From Octopus vulgaris (Eukaryota), in the NCBI GenBank assembly GCA_951406725.2, contig OX597818.1, positions 79,546,001-79,610,000 of the forward strand: a stretch of 64,000 nt of DNA. Reading direction: 5' to 3'. Within the stretch, counting starts at the first letter, position 1, and each line of letters opens with the position of its first letter. Positions 38,686 to 52,389 of the stretch are shown piece after piece. The translations under genes were made by a program, and so were the position numbers. Under the pieces are notes generated by a model. The model saw only the letters and a list, made by a program, of their open reading frames with translations. It was not told the DNA's origin and did not search any database.

Positions 38686-39713
38686 GTAAGCAAGCTACTT
38701 ACCACACAGCCACTCCTACATATATATATATATATATATATATATACGAGAATGAAGCAACAAGAATGGATAGGTTTTTAGTACAATCGTTTCATACAAG
38801 GACAGGTTTTATTAAAAGTTGCAATATAAAAGTTGTATATATATATATATATACATACATGCATAAGTCCGTCATGTATATATACGTATGTATCTCTATG
38901 TATGTGTGTGTGTGAGTCACTACCTTCAACCGCTCTCTTACGTTCCTGTAACATAGCATTTCGGAGAAAGGACCGATAGAGTAACACACTTTAAAAACAA
39001 ATTTTGAAGTCGATTTGTTCGAATAAAACCATTCATTGCGGTGCCCCATCATAACGGTACTTTAATGACTGAAACAAGTAATAGTTACACATTAATAGTT
39101 ACACTCGTTCTTAAGGAACGAGTCATTGTTTTACTATCTGAAATAAATAAAATATATTATATTATATAATACTTAGTGATATTGTTATGACTAACTTTGT
39201 TTCGTAACTTCTGCTGATATAAACACATGTATATATATGGGTGTAATGAGATATTTGGGTGAGATATGTTGCGTCAAATATTGCACACATACACCTCCTA
39301 TACACTCACACACACACACACACAGTCGTACATACATACATGCACATATACTTACATTCATATACACATACATTCATATATACATATGGATATAGATATA
39401 TACAGATATAAATATTGGTATGGTGACGCAAACACGACTAGAACTCAAAACAATAAGTATAAGTATATTTTTATGAATATTCAGCAGTAGTAACAGAGTG
39501 ACTCAAGGGTGTATATAAGTATATAGATTCACAGTGATAACTACACACGCACACATACACACACACACACACGCATATAAATATAAATATATAAATACAG
39601 ATATGTATATATATATATCTATGTATACACATATATATAAATATAAATATATATACATAAAAATATACACACACACACACACACATATATACATGTATAA
39701 ATACACACACACA

Positions 39714-40300
39714 CAGAGTGGTTGGACTAAATTTGACAGTTTGTATAAAAGGAAAACAGCTTCTACCACCGCCTCAAGACAGCTCCGGAACCAGACGCTG
39801 GCATTCATCACTACTGCGTCCCTGAGAAAATCTTTGAAAACCTCCTTCATCTCGGCCACCAGCTCGTCCTTCATGCTGCAGACAGAACAATAGATGTATT
39901 TCTCAATAGCGCTCCACGCGTAGTAATCCATGGGATTTCAACAGGGTTGAAACTGGGGCTGACGAGATCGTAGAAATTCTTTTACAAACGTTTTTGTCGC
40001 TTTCCGAAGGTATTGACAAGGAGCTGAATTTTGCTGCCACATATGGCCATCCAGCAGCAACCTTCTCCAGCCAGGGTTTTACTTTTGTCTCCAGCAGTTT
40101 CACGTAGTCTTTTGAACTGAGCCTAAGGCCCTGTTCAAAGATGTGAGGTTGCATGACATCACCTTCACTGGAGACACACCCAAAACCATCACAGTTTGGA
40201 CGAACTCGGATTTTATGACGTCCATTTCACGGCTTATAGCCTTTACACTGTTCAGAAAGCATTGAGAAGCAGTTGTGATGGCATTTTGATATCCGGCACG
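39714..40300 (-). pseudogene. maT/DD37D-like Tc1/mariner transposase remnant
   Basis: TVMVLG..GDVMQPHIFEQGLRLSSKDYVKLLETKVKPW; MDYYAWSAIEK..FRSCLEAVVEA. Confidence 0.75.
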
Positions 40301-40519
40301 AATTCTCATGATACATGTAATACTTTTCCACAATTCAGATGTAGTCTATAGGCTCTGCAACACTGTTCACTGTTCACCAATACATCAAGTTATTCCTAAA
40401 AAGAAAGGAGACATTAAAAATGTTGTCAAACTTAACCCGATCAACATGTATATATGTCTGTGTGTATGTGTGTGTATGTGTGTGTGCATGTGTATACATA
40501 TACATATATACATACATAA

Positions 40520-40590
<71 letters not shown>

Positions 40591-41679
40591 CATCCTCCGA
40601 GTTACGGCTATCTTAGGTTGCAGGATTTTGCGCGCTTTCGGAAATTGAAAAGCATGACCATTAATTTAGAGATACTGTCAGCAATTTCGCTCTTACGGAA
40701 ACTCGTATTCTGTAATTTTAAATTGTTATCAATTTAAAAGTACACATTTTTTTAGCTCATTTAACACTTGCGTTTTAGTTAAGGCCAAACTATATAGTTA
40801 ACGATTTGAAAAAAAATTGCATCACGTTACATATATATGCACAGATATGTATAATGTACATAATGTGAATATATGCATGTTTATGTAAATGTTTGTGTAT
40901 TTATATATGTATATATGCGTGTATGAATGTTTGTATGTATGCGTGTGTGTTTCTATCATCAACACCAACACAACCACCAACAGCAACAATAATTCGTATA
41001 TAGTATGAAGCCAATGAGCAGATCTATTTCAAATAAAACATAATATAGTCTCCTGATGTATTTTAAAAAGTCAATGAAATGTTTTTTTATCTGAGGATTG
41101 ACTTGAGACTAAACAGTTACAACAATACAATTAGCAAGAACAATATAACCACTACACCACCAACAATTCCCGACAAATATCACAAACATCTAAACCAAGA
41201 CAACCCATATAATTGCCACTATCTTGTGGATCCAACTGGCTACAACAGATATCAACATATACGCCAATACAGGTGTGTGTATGAGTGCATGTGTATATGT
41301 GTGTTTGTGCGTGTGTATGTGTATTTATGTCTTAATTCATAAGTGCAAGGTAAGAATCGCCTATAAGATATGGTATCTCTTCCTCAGTCCTTCACCTTAT
41401 CGCATTTTCGTAATTATTTTCATAGGAATAATTTTCTGTTTTTACAAAGCAAATGTTACCTGTGCCAATTTTTTATTACATTTTTGTCGTGGATAATTAA
41501 TCGTTGCTACTGTTGGATTAGCCTTCAATTTAAGAAGTCTGGAAAGAAGTTATCAAGTAGAACTCGAGGCAGTAGTGCTAAAAGAAACCGTAAATAGATT
41601 ACAATGTATATTAAATTAATGTTTTGAAAAGATTTCATGCACAAGTAAAATTAAGTTTAACAAAACAATTAATCTTACT

Positions 41680-42990
41680 ATGTCTGCAATGGAAACGATC
41701 CGTGACAGTAGAGAGAAAATTATGTCAAATGCTCCAGAAGTATTCCGGTAACTGTCTGGATCTTATGTTTCAATAACTTCTAATGTAATGCTTAAAATGG
41801 AACGACATGTATGGAACGAGGATCAGAATCAGTTTAATGTGTCGATAAACATGGTAATATTTCAAAAGAAGAGCCAAAAGTTTATACAACAATTTGCCAA
41901 AAAGAGAAGGTGGAACTTTTGAGCTAGCAAAGGCTGGTGTGAAAGATTTAAGAAGAGCATGAATTTCTACAACTTAAAAATGTCTAGTAAAACTGCGAGC
42001 GCTGATATAGAGGCTGCTACTTATTCTGAGCAGCTGAAGAAAATGATTGCTGAAGGGTACTTCACACCAGAGTAAGTATGCAATATTGATGAGACAGCTT
42101 TTCTGAAAGAGCATGTCTGCTAGAGTTTTTATATATCCAAATGCCGCTGGCGATATGGAAATTAAAGCCCCCACACGTGTATCACTCCGAAAATCTGAGG
42201 GCTTTCAAGGCTCTGCCTCTGATTTTGGTTTTTAAATAAGAAAGCAGGGATGACCAAGAGCTTTCTCAAAGAGTGGTTACAAACATTTATTATCCTGATG
42301 TAGAAAGTTACAGTACCAGACATAATATTTCCTACAAAACATTTCTTGTTTTAGACCATTCACCGAGCCATCCGACGAACTTATATAGCCATTCTGATAA
42401 TTGGAGAGTAGAATATATCCGCAAGAATACAACTTCATTGTTCCAGCCTATGAAGGTGTGATAGCTAACTTCAGAGCATATTATATGAGAAGAACTTTCA
42501 AACAACTTGTGAATACAATTGACAGGTGGGATTCACTATAATGGATGCTGTGGATAATATAACTGAGTCATGGGATGAAGTGTACCCTTTAACTTTGAAT
42601 AGAGCTTGGAAAAGTACATGGTTGTGGCATTACAAGTTTTCCTCAAACAGAAAGTCTACATCAAATTTTAGAAAGATATTGTAACATATGCAAAGAGTGT
42701 AAGATTTGAAGACTTTATAGAGGATGATGCGATTGATTTACTCGTGTCCCAGAGAGGAAGTCTGTCTAACAAGGAACTGATGCTGTTAGAAAAAGTACAA
42801 GCTGAGAATGCAGATGAGACAAGTTCTATCTACATCACCTAAACTAACTACAAAAATTATTGCTAAAAGGTTGGCACTTATAGGGACAGGTCTGCAGGGC
42901 TTTTTCTGATGATGATCCTAATTGTGAACAAAACGTAAAAATTACCAGAGGAGTTTACAATGACCTCAGTTACTATACTGAGATGTACAA
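41680..42990 (+). pseudogene. Tigger/pogo (CENP-B-like) transposase remnant
   Basis: ASKGWCERFKK, SADIEAA, NIDETA, FLVLDHSPSHP, NTTSLFQPM and AYYMRRTF motifs with stops and frameshifts. Confidence 0.8.
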
Positions 42991-43114
42991 AGGGAATACG
43001 CACCATAAACAACAATCAATTTGCATCAGTTCTTCACCCCTCGACCTGATGTTCGTGATAGCAAATTATAAGATAGTAAATATCGTCCCTCACCCTCCTA
43101 GTAACGCTCATTCC

Positions 43115-43200
43115 ACCAACACACAAGCCGGTCCGAGAATCGAACTCACTACTCCACAACTGCGAGCCCGACGCTCTAACCACTGAGACATGCACCTTCA
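43115..43200 (-). mobile_element. SINE tRNA-like head fragment
   Basis: Minus strand: TGTCTCAGTGGTTAGAGCGTCGGGCTCGCAGTTG..GAGTTCGATTCTC. Confidence 0.55.
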
Positions 43201-43202
43201 TT

Positions 43203-43244
<42 letters not shown>

Positions 43245-43444
43245 TGTGTGTGTGTGTGTAAGAAAAGAAAATGGTGAAATCGACAAATAGACATCAATTT
43301 ATCAATAGAACCCCAATTACAAATAATCTCAATTCCTTTCAACCTACAACTGTTTCCATACTCAATTCAAATAATAAATTTAAACTAAGATGCATTTAAA
43401 TACAGTTAATTGAATATTAATATTAATTCTGTGTAAGTAACGTT

Positions 43445-43850
43445 ATGAACAATAATAATACTGAATGCAATTTTATAAAAGACAATAAAAGTAAAAATAG
43501 TAGAGAAAATAAACATATATATTGTGATTGCAAATTTAAAGATATATGCTTGTTTAAAAATTGTTGCAAGCAAAAAAAAAATGTAGTATATAGATGTAAA
43601 GCGGAATCTGAGGGTAAAAACTATTTTTACATTGGATCTACGGAGAATTATATTAAAATACAAATCGCCGACCATAAATGCACTTTTAGAAATAGAAATA
43701 AATCATCTTATACCAGTCTAAGCAAATTTAGTTAGAACTTAAAGGAGAATTTTAAAAGGTATGACCTAAAGTGGGAAATCATAAGCCATGCTAACTCCTA
43801 TAAAATTGGAAACATTCGTTGCGACCAGTGTGGATGAAATTTTTCAAATT
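43445..43850 (+). pseudogene. Penelope-like element GIY-YIG endonuclease remnant
   Basis: CDCKFKDICLFKNCCKQKKNVVYRCK..YFYIGSTENYIKIQIADHKCTF..TSLSKF..YDLKWEIISHANSY..RCDQC. Confidence 0.8.
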
Positions 43851-44117
43851 TTACCTTCTAGACTTCTTATCGGAAAGATGGGGTTGGATTGTCTTGACTG
43901 CATGCCTACAAATATGTATTCAAAAACTACAGGTAAATTAAAAGTTACAAAAATTATAAATTGATTATCAAATAGATATAAGTTGATATGTTTATAAAAA
44001 ATTATAATTAAAATGAACAGTAATATTAATGCCAAATTAAATATATACTAATTGGATAATAGATATAATTTCGTAAATATTAATGTATTATTCCTGGAAT
44101 ATCATCTTTTTGTATTC

Positions 44118-44148
<31 letters not shown>

Positions 44149-44609
44149 GTTGTTGTTGTTGTTGTTGTTGTTGTTATAAAAGTTGTATTGAACACAAATC
44201 TTGATGACATAAAATGCAGCTATAATATCATACTAAGCGGATTGAATCCGTCATAGTCACCTGATACACGGTAAACAATAACTTTATTTAATTAGTAAAT
44301 AGAAATATGTGCTTAGTTATTAAAAACAGCAGTTATGACTGAGCAACTTGGATAGTAATTCTTAATTAACTAATAAAATTTACCAGCATATCATACTCTC
44401 AAAAATAATAATGAGACATTAGGAATAAATTGGTTAGTTACAGTTGATCTTATCAGTAAGTAATGTTTATGTAAATCTAAAGGTTAATTTGCTTTTCAAA
44501 TATATTAACACGCACACGCACACAAATAAGATGAATAAAAATAATGATATCAAAAACAACCGTGCATAAGTAAATGAATATTAATATGCTGAGTCTGTCA
44601 ATGATCAAT

Positions 44610-44661
<52 letters not shown>

Positions 44662-44712
44662 TATATAGAGAACACCTATCTCTAACATGTACATATTTAT
44701 ATATATATATAT

Positions 44713-45126
44713 TACTCTTTTACTCTTTTACTTGTTTCAGTCATTTGACTGCGGCCATGCTGGAGCACCGCCTTTTTTAGTCGAGCAAATCGACCCCAGG
44801 ACTTATTCTTTGTAAGCCCAGTACTTATTCTATCGGTCTCTTTTGCCGAACCGCAAAGTGACGGGGACGTAAACACACCAGCATCGGTTGTCAAGCAATG
44901 CTAGGGGGACAAACACAGACACACAAACACATACACACATATATATATAAATATACATATATACGACAGGCTTCTTTCAGTTTCCGTCTACCAAATCCAC
45001 TCACAAGGCATTAGTCGGCCCGGGGCTATAGCAGAAGACACTTGCCCAAGATGCCACGCAGTGGGACTGAACCCGGAACAATGTGATTGGTTAGCAAGCT
45101 ACTTACCACACAGCCACTCCTGCGCC
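44713..45126 (-). mobile_element. SINE family A, full length
   Basis: Exact head-to-tail reverse complement of family A. Confidence 0.9.
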
Positions 45127-45246
45127 TATATATATATAGATAGATAGATACATACATACATACATATATACATGCATATATATATATATGTATGTATGTA
45201 TATAAATATACATACATATATATATGTATGTATACACACACACACA

Positions 45247-45329
<83 letters not shown>

Positions 45330-45619
45330 ATATACATACATATACATAGAATCAAATGTGCATAAACGACTTACACCGAATGAATTAAAAGGTAACGTAA
45401 TTCAAGTGTAGAGTAAAAAATCCATGGATCAGGTATTCAAAAATAGCCGGAAGGACATGAACGGTCCGTGTGAGCGTGCAGAAAATTGTCGATTTAAATA
45501 AACAATGGAAATAAACAAACAATTCAAATAAACGAATAAAAAAACGAAACAGACGAAAACAAACGACATATATATGTATATGTATATATACATACATACA
45601 TACACACACATACACATAG

Positions 45620-45679
<60 letters not shown>

Positions 45680-45848
45680 CTATGTGTATGTGTGTGTATG
45701 TATGTATATATACATATACATATATATGTAGTTCGTTCAAATAAACGAATAAAAAAATGAAAACGTAAGCAAAAAACAAAATGAAAATAAACGAACGTGA
45801 AAACGTACACAAGAAATATGTGAGCTTGATGCTGAGTGAATATGTGAG

Positions 45849-45881
45849 TTTGACGTTTCGGGCATAGCTCTTCGTCGGAAA
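45849..45881 (-). ncRNA. Ultra-minimal HHR-like motif (CCGACGA variant)
   Basis: Minus strand: TTT-CCGACGA-A-GAGC tat GCCC-GAAAC-GTC|AAA; half copy on plus strand at 45940-45962; same family as 48928 and 52915. Confidence 0.55.
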
Positions 45882-46250
45882 AGAGAAAGGGAAAGTCCAA
45901 AGATGGAGAAGAAATCGCCAAAGTTGCACACGACTAAATGCTATGCTCGAAACGTCAAACTCTCTCTTTTCATCGAGCGTCAGGATAATACATGTCTTGT
46001 GCACGTCCGCATGTCGTTTGTTTTCGTCTGTTTCGTTCTTTTATTCGTTTATTTGAATTGTTTGTTTATTTCCATTGTTTATTTAAATCGACAATTTTCT
46101 GCACGCTCACACGAACCGTTCATGTCCTTCCGGCTATTTTTGAATACCTGATTCATGAATTTTTTACTCTACACTTGAATTACGTTACCTTTTAATTCAT
46201 TCGGAGTAAGTCGTTTATGCACATTTGATTCTATGTATATGTATGTATAT

Positions 46251-46329
<79 letters not shown>

Positions 46330-46379
46330 CATACATATATATATGTATGTATATTTATATACATACATACATACATATA

Positions 46380-46415
<36 letters not shown>

Positions 46416-46431
46416 TGTATGTATCTATCTA

Positions 46432-46471
<40 letters not shown>

Positions 46472-46509
46472 TGTACATGTTAGAGATAGGTGTTCTCTAT
46501 ATAGAATAT

Positions 46510-48800
46510 ACTTCGAAGTGGTGAAGAGATTTGAACTTGAGCCGGTAGATGAGTAAATGTAATGACAAGCATGTTGTGCAGGCCGATTTACACAGAATAT
46601 TAAATACACGGATATAAGATAGTCCGACTTATAGAATATAAATTATATCAGGAGTTAAATGGGTAAAGTTTTATGGGTTCAACAGCTGTTTCTGCCGGTT
46701 TGCTAGTCCGGAATAATAATAGTTACTTGAATCCATTATCGAGTAACACCGCCTCCGTCTTCAGGAGAGAATTTTACATTGAAGAATTTCACATTTGAGG
46801 TATTGATATGATGGAGTTTAAAGATGCAATGATTCTGTGGAGAATTAAGTGTGTTAGGAAGGAGAGTTGGTGTGTTTAGAAGAGAGTAGTGAGAGGAGAT
46901 AATAAATTTGAGGGTTAGAGTTTATAATGAGGTTACTAATAGTAGTAGAAGTGGAAGATGGGAAAGGGGACGGGTGGTTTAGGTAGTATGTGAATGATGA
47001 CCTTTGTGATAGTTTGTATGAAGGTTATAGAGTTAAAGTTTGAGATAGTGAAAAGGGCCTGTTATTAATTTGGGGGAAATGTGTTGAATGGTTCAGTAGC
47101 TAAGGGGGATTAGGTGGTGACCAAAAGTAGTTGTTAGTGGGACAAAGAAATTGGGGTGGTATTGCAGGAGTGTTGTGGTAAGGGGAGGAGTATGAAGTTG
47201 AATAGAGAGGTACGTAAGGAGGGGTAGAGATTGGTTAGTTTTCAAAAAAGTGAGGTTTTTTTAAGTACTATTTGAGGTTGGGGAGGGTGGAGAGGCTAAG
47301 AGGAAAGTGGGAAGTAGTTGATTTGGAGATTAGGAAGAAACTTGAGATGTGTGTATGGGAAGGAATAAGATGGGGGAATTAGTATTTATTAAGTAGTAGG
47401 TTGCAAGGCTGACTTTGTTTTAGATTAAAGCTTTTGGAGTATGGAAGCTTATTATAGGATTATATAGATTTAGGGAAGTACGTGAAAGTTGAGTAGTATC
47501 TGTCATTACAAGAATAAATAACATCAGAGATCTATTGAGTAATGATGAGTTGTGAAGGCGAAGAGTGGTTAATGGTTCTTTTACACATAACTTACATTTA
47601 CCGATATTTAAATTGTATGGGGCAGCTTCATTTACAATGGACCAGGAAATGGTGTATGGAATATTTTGCAATTTGAGGTTGTACAAATGAGGTAGACGCT
47701 TCAGAGATTGGATTAGTGAAGGAGTATGCACGGTAGCGGCGCTTGGATGAGTATACACGGTAGCGGCGCTTGAAAGACGGTGCACAGTAGCGACGCTTGA
47801 GATCTAGACTGCTGCCGATACATACTCTTGCTTGGTGGGAGCGGAGTGTTATAACACGGCACTTGTAGATCACACTTTTTAGTAGACAGGAGCCAGCAAG
47901 AGGGCATACTTTAGATGCGCAACAGTTGCAAGTGTTTCTACCTGCTCCGTGGTTGGGGTTTACTACTAGTGAGTTAGAGTTTGGTTGGTTTGTTGTTAGT
48001 GGAACCTAAAGTGTAATTTGTATTTGTATTGGATTGGGTGGTGGTATTGGAGCCAGTATTTGTTGTCGCATAGGTAGGATTGTGGGATGTTGGCTTGAGT
48101 TTAATATTATTTAATTGAGGTAGCTTATTAAGGATTGTGTTATTGCTAGTATGTGGGCTAACTTGTGTGAGAGTTTAGGTGTTTAGAGGACTGGTGTTGG
48201 AGTTTACGTTTGTTCAAGGAGGCGATTATGGATCCTAAATTAGGTGTAATGGAGTAGGAGATTTTCATAGATGATTTGTTGAAGATGGTATAGTATTTAT
48301 GCTGTGGTGGAAAATTAGATTTTAGAATTTCAAAGAAGAGTTTAGGTAGAAATTTAACTTGGAGAGAGAAGGATGGTGCAAACCATAAGATTTAACGCTT
48401 CCTGGCCTTAGATTGTTTAGAGTGTATGGCAGTAGTGGGCTGATCAGGAGGAGTTGGGGCTTGTAGTTGTTATAGGCTCGGGGTGGCCAGTGGTGCGGTC
48501 GAGTGCGATGTGTAGGGTTTTTGTATGCGGAGTTGTGTAGGTTTTTTTATGCGGAATTGTTGGACTGGTGTAGAGTGGAACAAGTGTCCGTAGATTCAGG
48601 GTTAGAATTGGTGGGGAGATGTGCTATTTTAGTTTTAAGCTTAGTGTTGGGAATATAATAGATTTTTGGAGGGCTTGATTAAAATAAGGGGCGTGAGAGT
48701 TAAAAATGTCTTCGTTAGCGGATAAGTTAGAGATTCTGATTGATATGCCTGTGATTATGGAAAGGGTGGTATTGATATATGTTTAAGTCGAGAATATATT
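46510..48800 (-). mobile_element. Penelope-like element, 5'-truncated (RT thumb, linker, GIY-YIG, 3' UTR)
   Basis: ILWFAPSFS..NFPPQHKYYTIFNKSSMKISYSITPNLGSII; CNCCASKVCPLAGSCLLKSVIYKCRV..CIGSSLDLKRRY; YTISWSIVNEAAPY..KCKLCVKE. Confidence 0.8.
46677..46770 (-). ncRNA. HHR-like motif in PLE 3' region, expanded domain II
   Basis: Minus strand: TC-CTGAAGA-[~65 nt incl. GTTACTCGA/TCAAGTAAC hairpin]-GAAAC-AGCT-GTT|GA. Confidence 0.5.
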
Positions 48801-48927
48801 TACGTGTGTGTGTGTTTGTGTGTGTGTATGTGCGTATATATATATATATATATATACAAAAGACGAAGACAGATGTATGAACAACAAGTAAGTGTATTAG
48901 TTTGACGCTCGGTAAAATGAAAAACTA

Positions 48928-48961
48928 TTTTACGTTTCAAGCCTACGCTCTTCAACAGAAA
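48928..48961 (-). ncRNA. Ultra-minimal HHR-like motif (CTGTTGA variant)
   Basis: Minus strand: TTT-CTGTTGA-A-GAGC gtag GCTT-GAAAC-GTA|AAA. Confidence 0.5.
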
Positions 48962-49330
48962 GGAATAAATGAAAATAAACAGAGAGAGAACGAAAAAATG
49001 TGTAGATTTAGCGCTCAAGAATGGCGAATGATTAGCAAAAAAGTTTGAAAGAAGTTGAAAGAAAGGGAGATAATAATAAAAAAAGTAGCGAATTGAGAAC
49101 TTGGTGTGGGGATATATATATATATGCAGAGAAGATGATCTTGAAATCGGAGATTTTAAACTAACGGAGGCATCACTTGTATATCGCCCGAGGAAACACG
49201 ACATACAAACAGTTGTATAATCAATGTAATCTTGGAGAACTATGTTGTGTCGAAGCAATTGTAGCGAATAATAAACAAATGTCAAACCGTACTCCCTCTT
49301 CCTAACTCCAATTTTTTCGATATATATATG

Positions 49331-49367
<37 letters not shown>

Positions 49368-49372
49368 GTATA

Positions 49373-49478
<106 letters not shown>

Positions 49479-50059
49479 ATATATACATATATATATGTAT
49501 ATATATATATATCCGTGTGTGTGCGCGCGCGCGTATATATGTATATATACATGCATACATGCATATATATATATATATGTGTATACTCAACTCCATGCAA
49601 CTTAAAATTTCGTAGTCTCGTAGAAGAAACCAAGCTATTCAGGCTTTTGGAGGTCAATGTACATTTGTGTGTATATATGTGTGTGAAAAAGAAGGAGAGA
49701 GTATTTGAGTGTCTGTGTGTATTCATGCGCGTTCGTCCGCGCTTATTTACATAATATATGCCCAGCTCCCACAGTTTCTGTCAACCCAATTCTTTTCACG
49801 AGATCAATGTTAGAATGTGATAGAAGGCACTTAGCTTTGGTTCCATATTGTAGGGTTGAAGTTGGATCTTCTGCGTTTGTGCCTGGTCTCTGTCTTGAAG
49901 ATACCTTCCCTATCCTTTACTTCTATTAGTCTCAGAGGCTCTGTGATGGGTTATGCTTTACTGCTTGTCTAACCTACCAAACAGATAAACATGTAATTAG
50001 ATAGAAGATTGAACTGGTTTTCGATCGATGCTAGGGTATGCGGATATTTTTAAACTACC

Positions 50060-50365
50060 TCACACGGAACGACAGGAAGAGGAATGAGGAGGTGCTAAGG
50101 CGAGCAGGAATGAGAGAAAAACTAACAATCAAACTGGATAAACGAATGTTGAGGTAGTTTGGCTACATGGAGAGGATGGATGAGGAGCGGATGGTAAGGA
50201 GAATGTTGAACGCAGAAGTGGAAGGCGGCAGAACCAGAGGCAGACCTCAGTTTGTGTGAATGGATGGAGTGAGGATAGCTTTGGTCGCTAGAGGTGTTGG
50301 AGTGAGGGATACAAGGAAGTTTATAAATGATAGGAAAACTTGGAGAGTGTTTGTAGACGGATGAG
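50060..50365 (+). pseudogene. RTE-clade LINE 3' remnant
   Basis: DRKRNEEVLRRAG..RMLR*FGYMERMDEERMVRRMLNAEVEGGRTRGRP..DRKTWR. Confidence 0.75.
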
Positions 50366-50613
50366 TGAATTTGTTGTTGTTCAAAGGGGTACGGAACCAG
50401 CATGGTGCGGTGGGGTAAACCAGCATATACTTTCGGGCCCCGCTGCTAATATTGGGGGTTGCGTTCTATGCCTTGACCCGACCCGAGTATAGAACAGGGC
50501 TCGCCTCTTTGAGCTGAGAAATGAATAGAATGCCTGGTGTATGTCTTGTTGTGGCTACCCAGTCCTAAAAATGTGGAATAGTCCTGAGTACATTCATACA
50601 CACACACACACAT

Positions 50614-50663
<50 letters not shown>

Positions 50664-51282
50664 GACGGGTCGTCCCGAGGCTATAATAGAAGACATTTGC
50701 CAAAGGTGCCATAACTACGTGGTTAAGAAACCAGCTTCTTACAACACAGCTACACGTGCGCCTTAATATTTTTTGTTATCTCCCCCTACTCCATGATAGT
50801 ATATCTAGTTCTACTTCATCCAGTGTAACACACTGTCTTTAACACGCCAGTGACAAGTTTGACGGATATTTGGCTACTATTTCTAGCGAGTAAGACGACA
50901 ACGACATAACGCTTGTTCACAGGGCCGCCTCGTTCCCGTTGTATTTTGTTATTCGCTATACACCAAAGTCATCTCAAACATTAAAACGAAATGACAAACA
51001 GTCGGGCTTGGTGCTCTGTTTATGTTGAAAGCATAGTTTACTTACTGTTGGCTGCTGATAACTAAAATCCTCTAACGCCATTCATTGTTTGGGTAAGAAC
51101 AGGATTGTGTGAATGACAGATTTTGGGAAATTCCTGAAAATCTGCACTTAATAATGAGCCTATAGAATACACATTGTTGTTATCCAACCGTTTGTGCTCA
51201 TTGCATATTTAAAATATGATAAAAACATTTAAATAATGTGAATTTAATTTTGTATACATATTATGTATGTATGTATTTACAT

Positions 51283-51323
<41 letters not shown>

Positions 51324-51639
51324 TGAGTGTGTGTGTGTGTGTAAAAGCAGGCGTGACTGTGTGATAAGAACATTGGTTCTCAGAACCCTTGTAATAGGAT
51401 TTGGTAGTCAAAAACTGAAACATCTTGTTATATACATACATACATACATACATACATACATACATACATACATACATACATACATACATACATACATACA
51501 TACATACATACATACATACGTACGTACGTACATACATATACTGAGAAAGACCAACAAAAGCTCAATCTTTCCATATGGCGTAATACCAATGAAATAATTT
51601 TATGGTTTAAAACTAACCAGGGTAGAGAGAGGGCAAGCT

Positions 51640-52050
51640 TAACCCCATTTGATATACGAATAGGTAGATTTTTTATCAGTCTATATGGAAAGTTATGGTG
51701 CTTATGTTCGGAAGGAATTTGACTGACATTAGTAATAGAGACGTAATTACGTATACTAGAAAAACACTGCTGTTCAGTAAATTTTCGGCCCGGGTCAAAC
51801 AAACTGACCCAGTAGGCTCCTTCGATGTGGTGATGGGGGCATTCGACTGCACAGATATTTGTGGCTGCATAGGTATACACTTGCTAGACACCTTAAAGAG
51901 AAGGTTTCCTTTGTAGTCTATACAGAGGTGATGCTTCAGCCATCTCTAGAAGGCGTCAATGGAACACCTTAGACGGGCTTAGCAAGGACCTAACTCACAC
52001 CCTGAGCTCCTTTGGCCTTAAGATTACAATTCACGCCGACCTTACTATTA
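51640..52050 (+). pseudogene. Penelope-like element RT core remnant
   Basis: RKTLLF..FDVVMGAFDCTDICGCIGIHLL..FGLKITIHADL matches the PLE RT FDVTMGSYDGAEVCELVG / GLKITI pattern. Confidence 0.7.
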
Positions 52051-52054
52051 TCAT

Positions 52055-52260
52055 TTATCTTTTGTCTCCTATCATGTTTCAGCCATTAGACTGCGGTAAT
52101 GCTGGAGCACTGCCTTGAAGAAATTTAGTCAAACTAATCAACTAAATTTCTTTTCAAGCCTAGTACTTATTCTATCGGACTCTTTTCCCGAACCGCTAAG
52201 CTTTCGGGGACGTAAACACAACAACACCGGTTGTCAAGCGGAACAAACACAGACACAAAG
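52055..52260 (-). mobile_element. SINE family A 3' half
   Basis: TAGTACTTATTCTATCGG..GGGACGTAAACAC..GGTTGTCAAGCG. Confidence 0.7.
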
Positions 52261-52274
52261 AAACACACACACAC

Positions 52275-52324
<50 letters not shown>

Positions 52325-52332
52325 TGCAAACT

Positions 52333-52389
<57 letters not shown>

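Larger units (their letters stand above)
44657..46510. repeat. ~1.85-kb interrupted palindrome (inverted duplication)
   Basis: 44657-44700 vs 46466-46510; microsatellite 45130-45345 vs 46230-46445; 45345-45570 vs 46010-46235. Confidence 0.8.
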
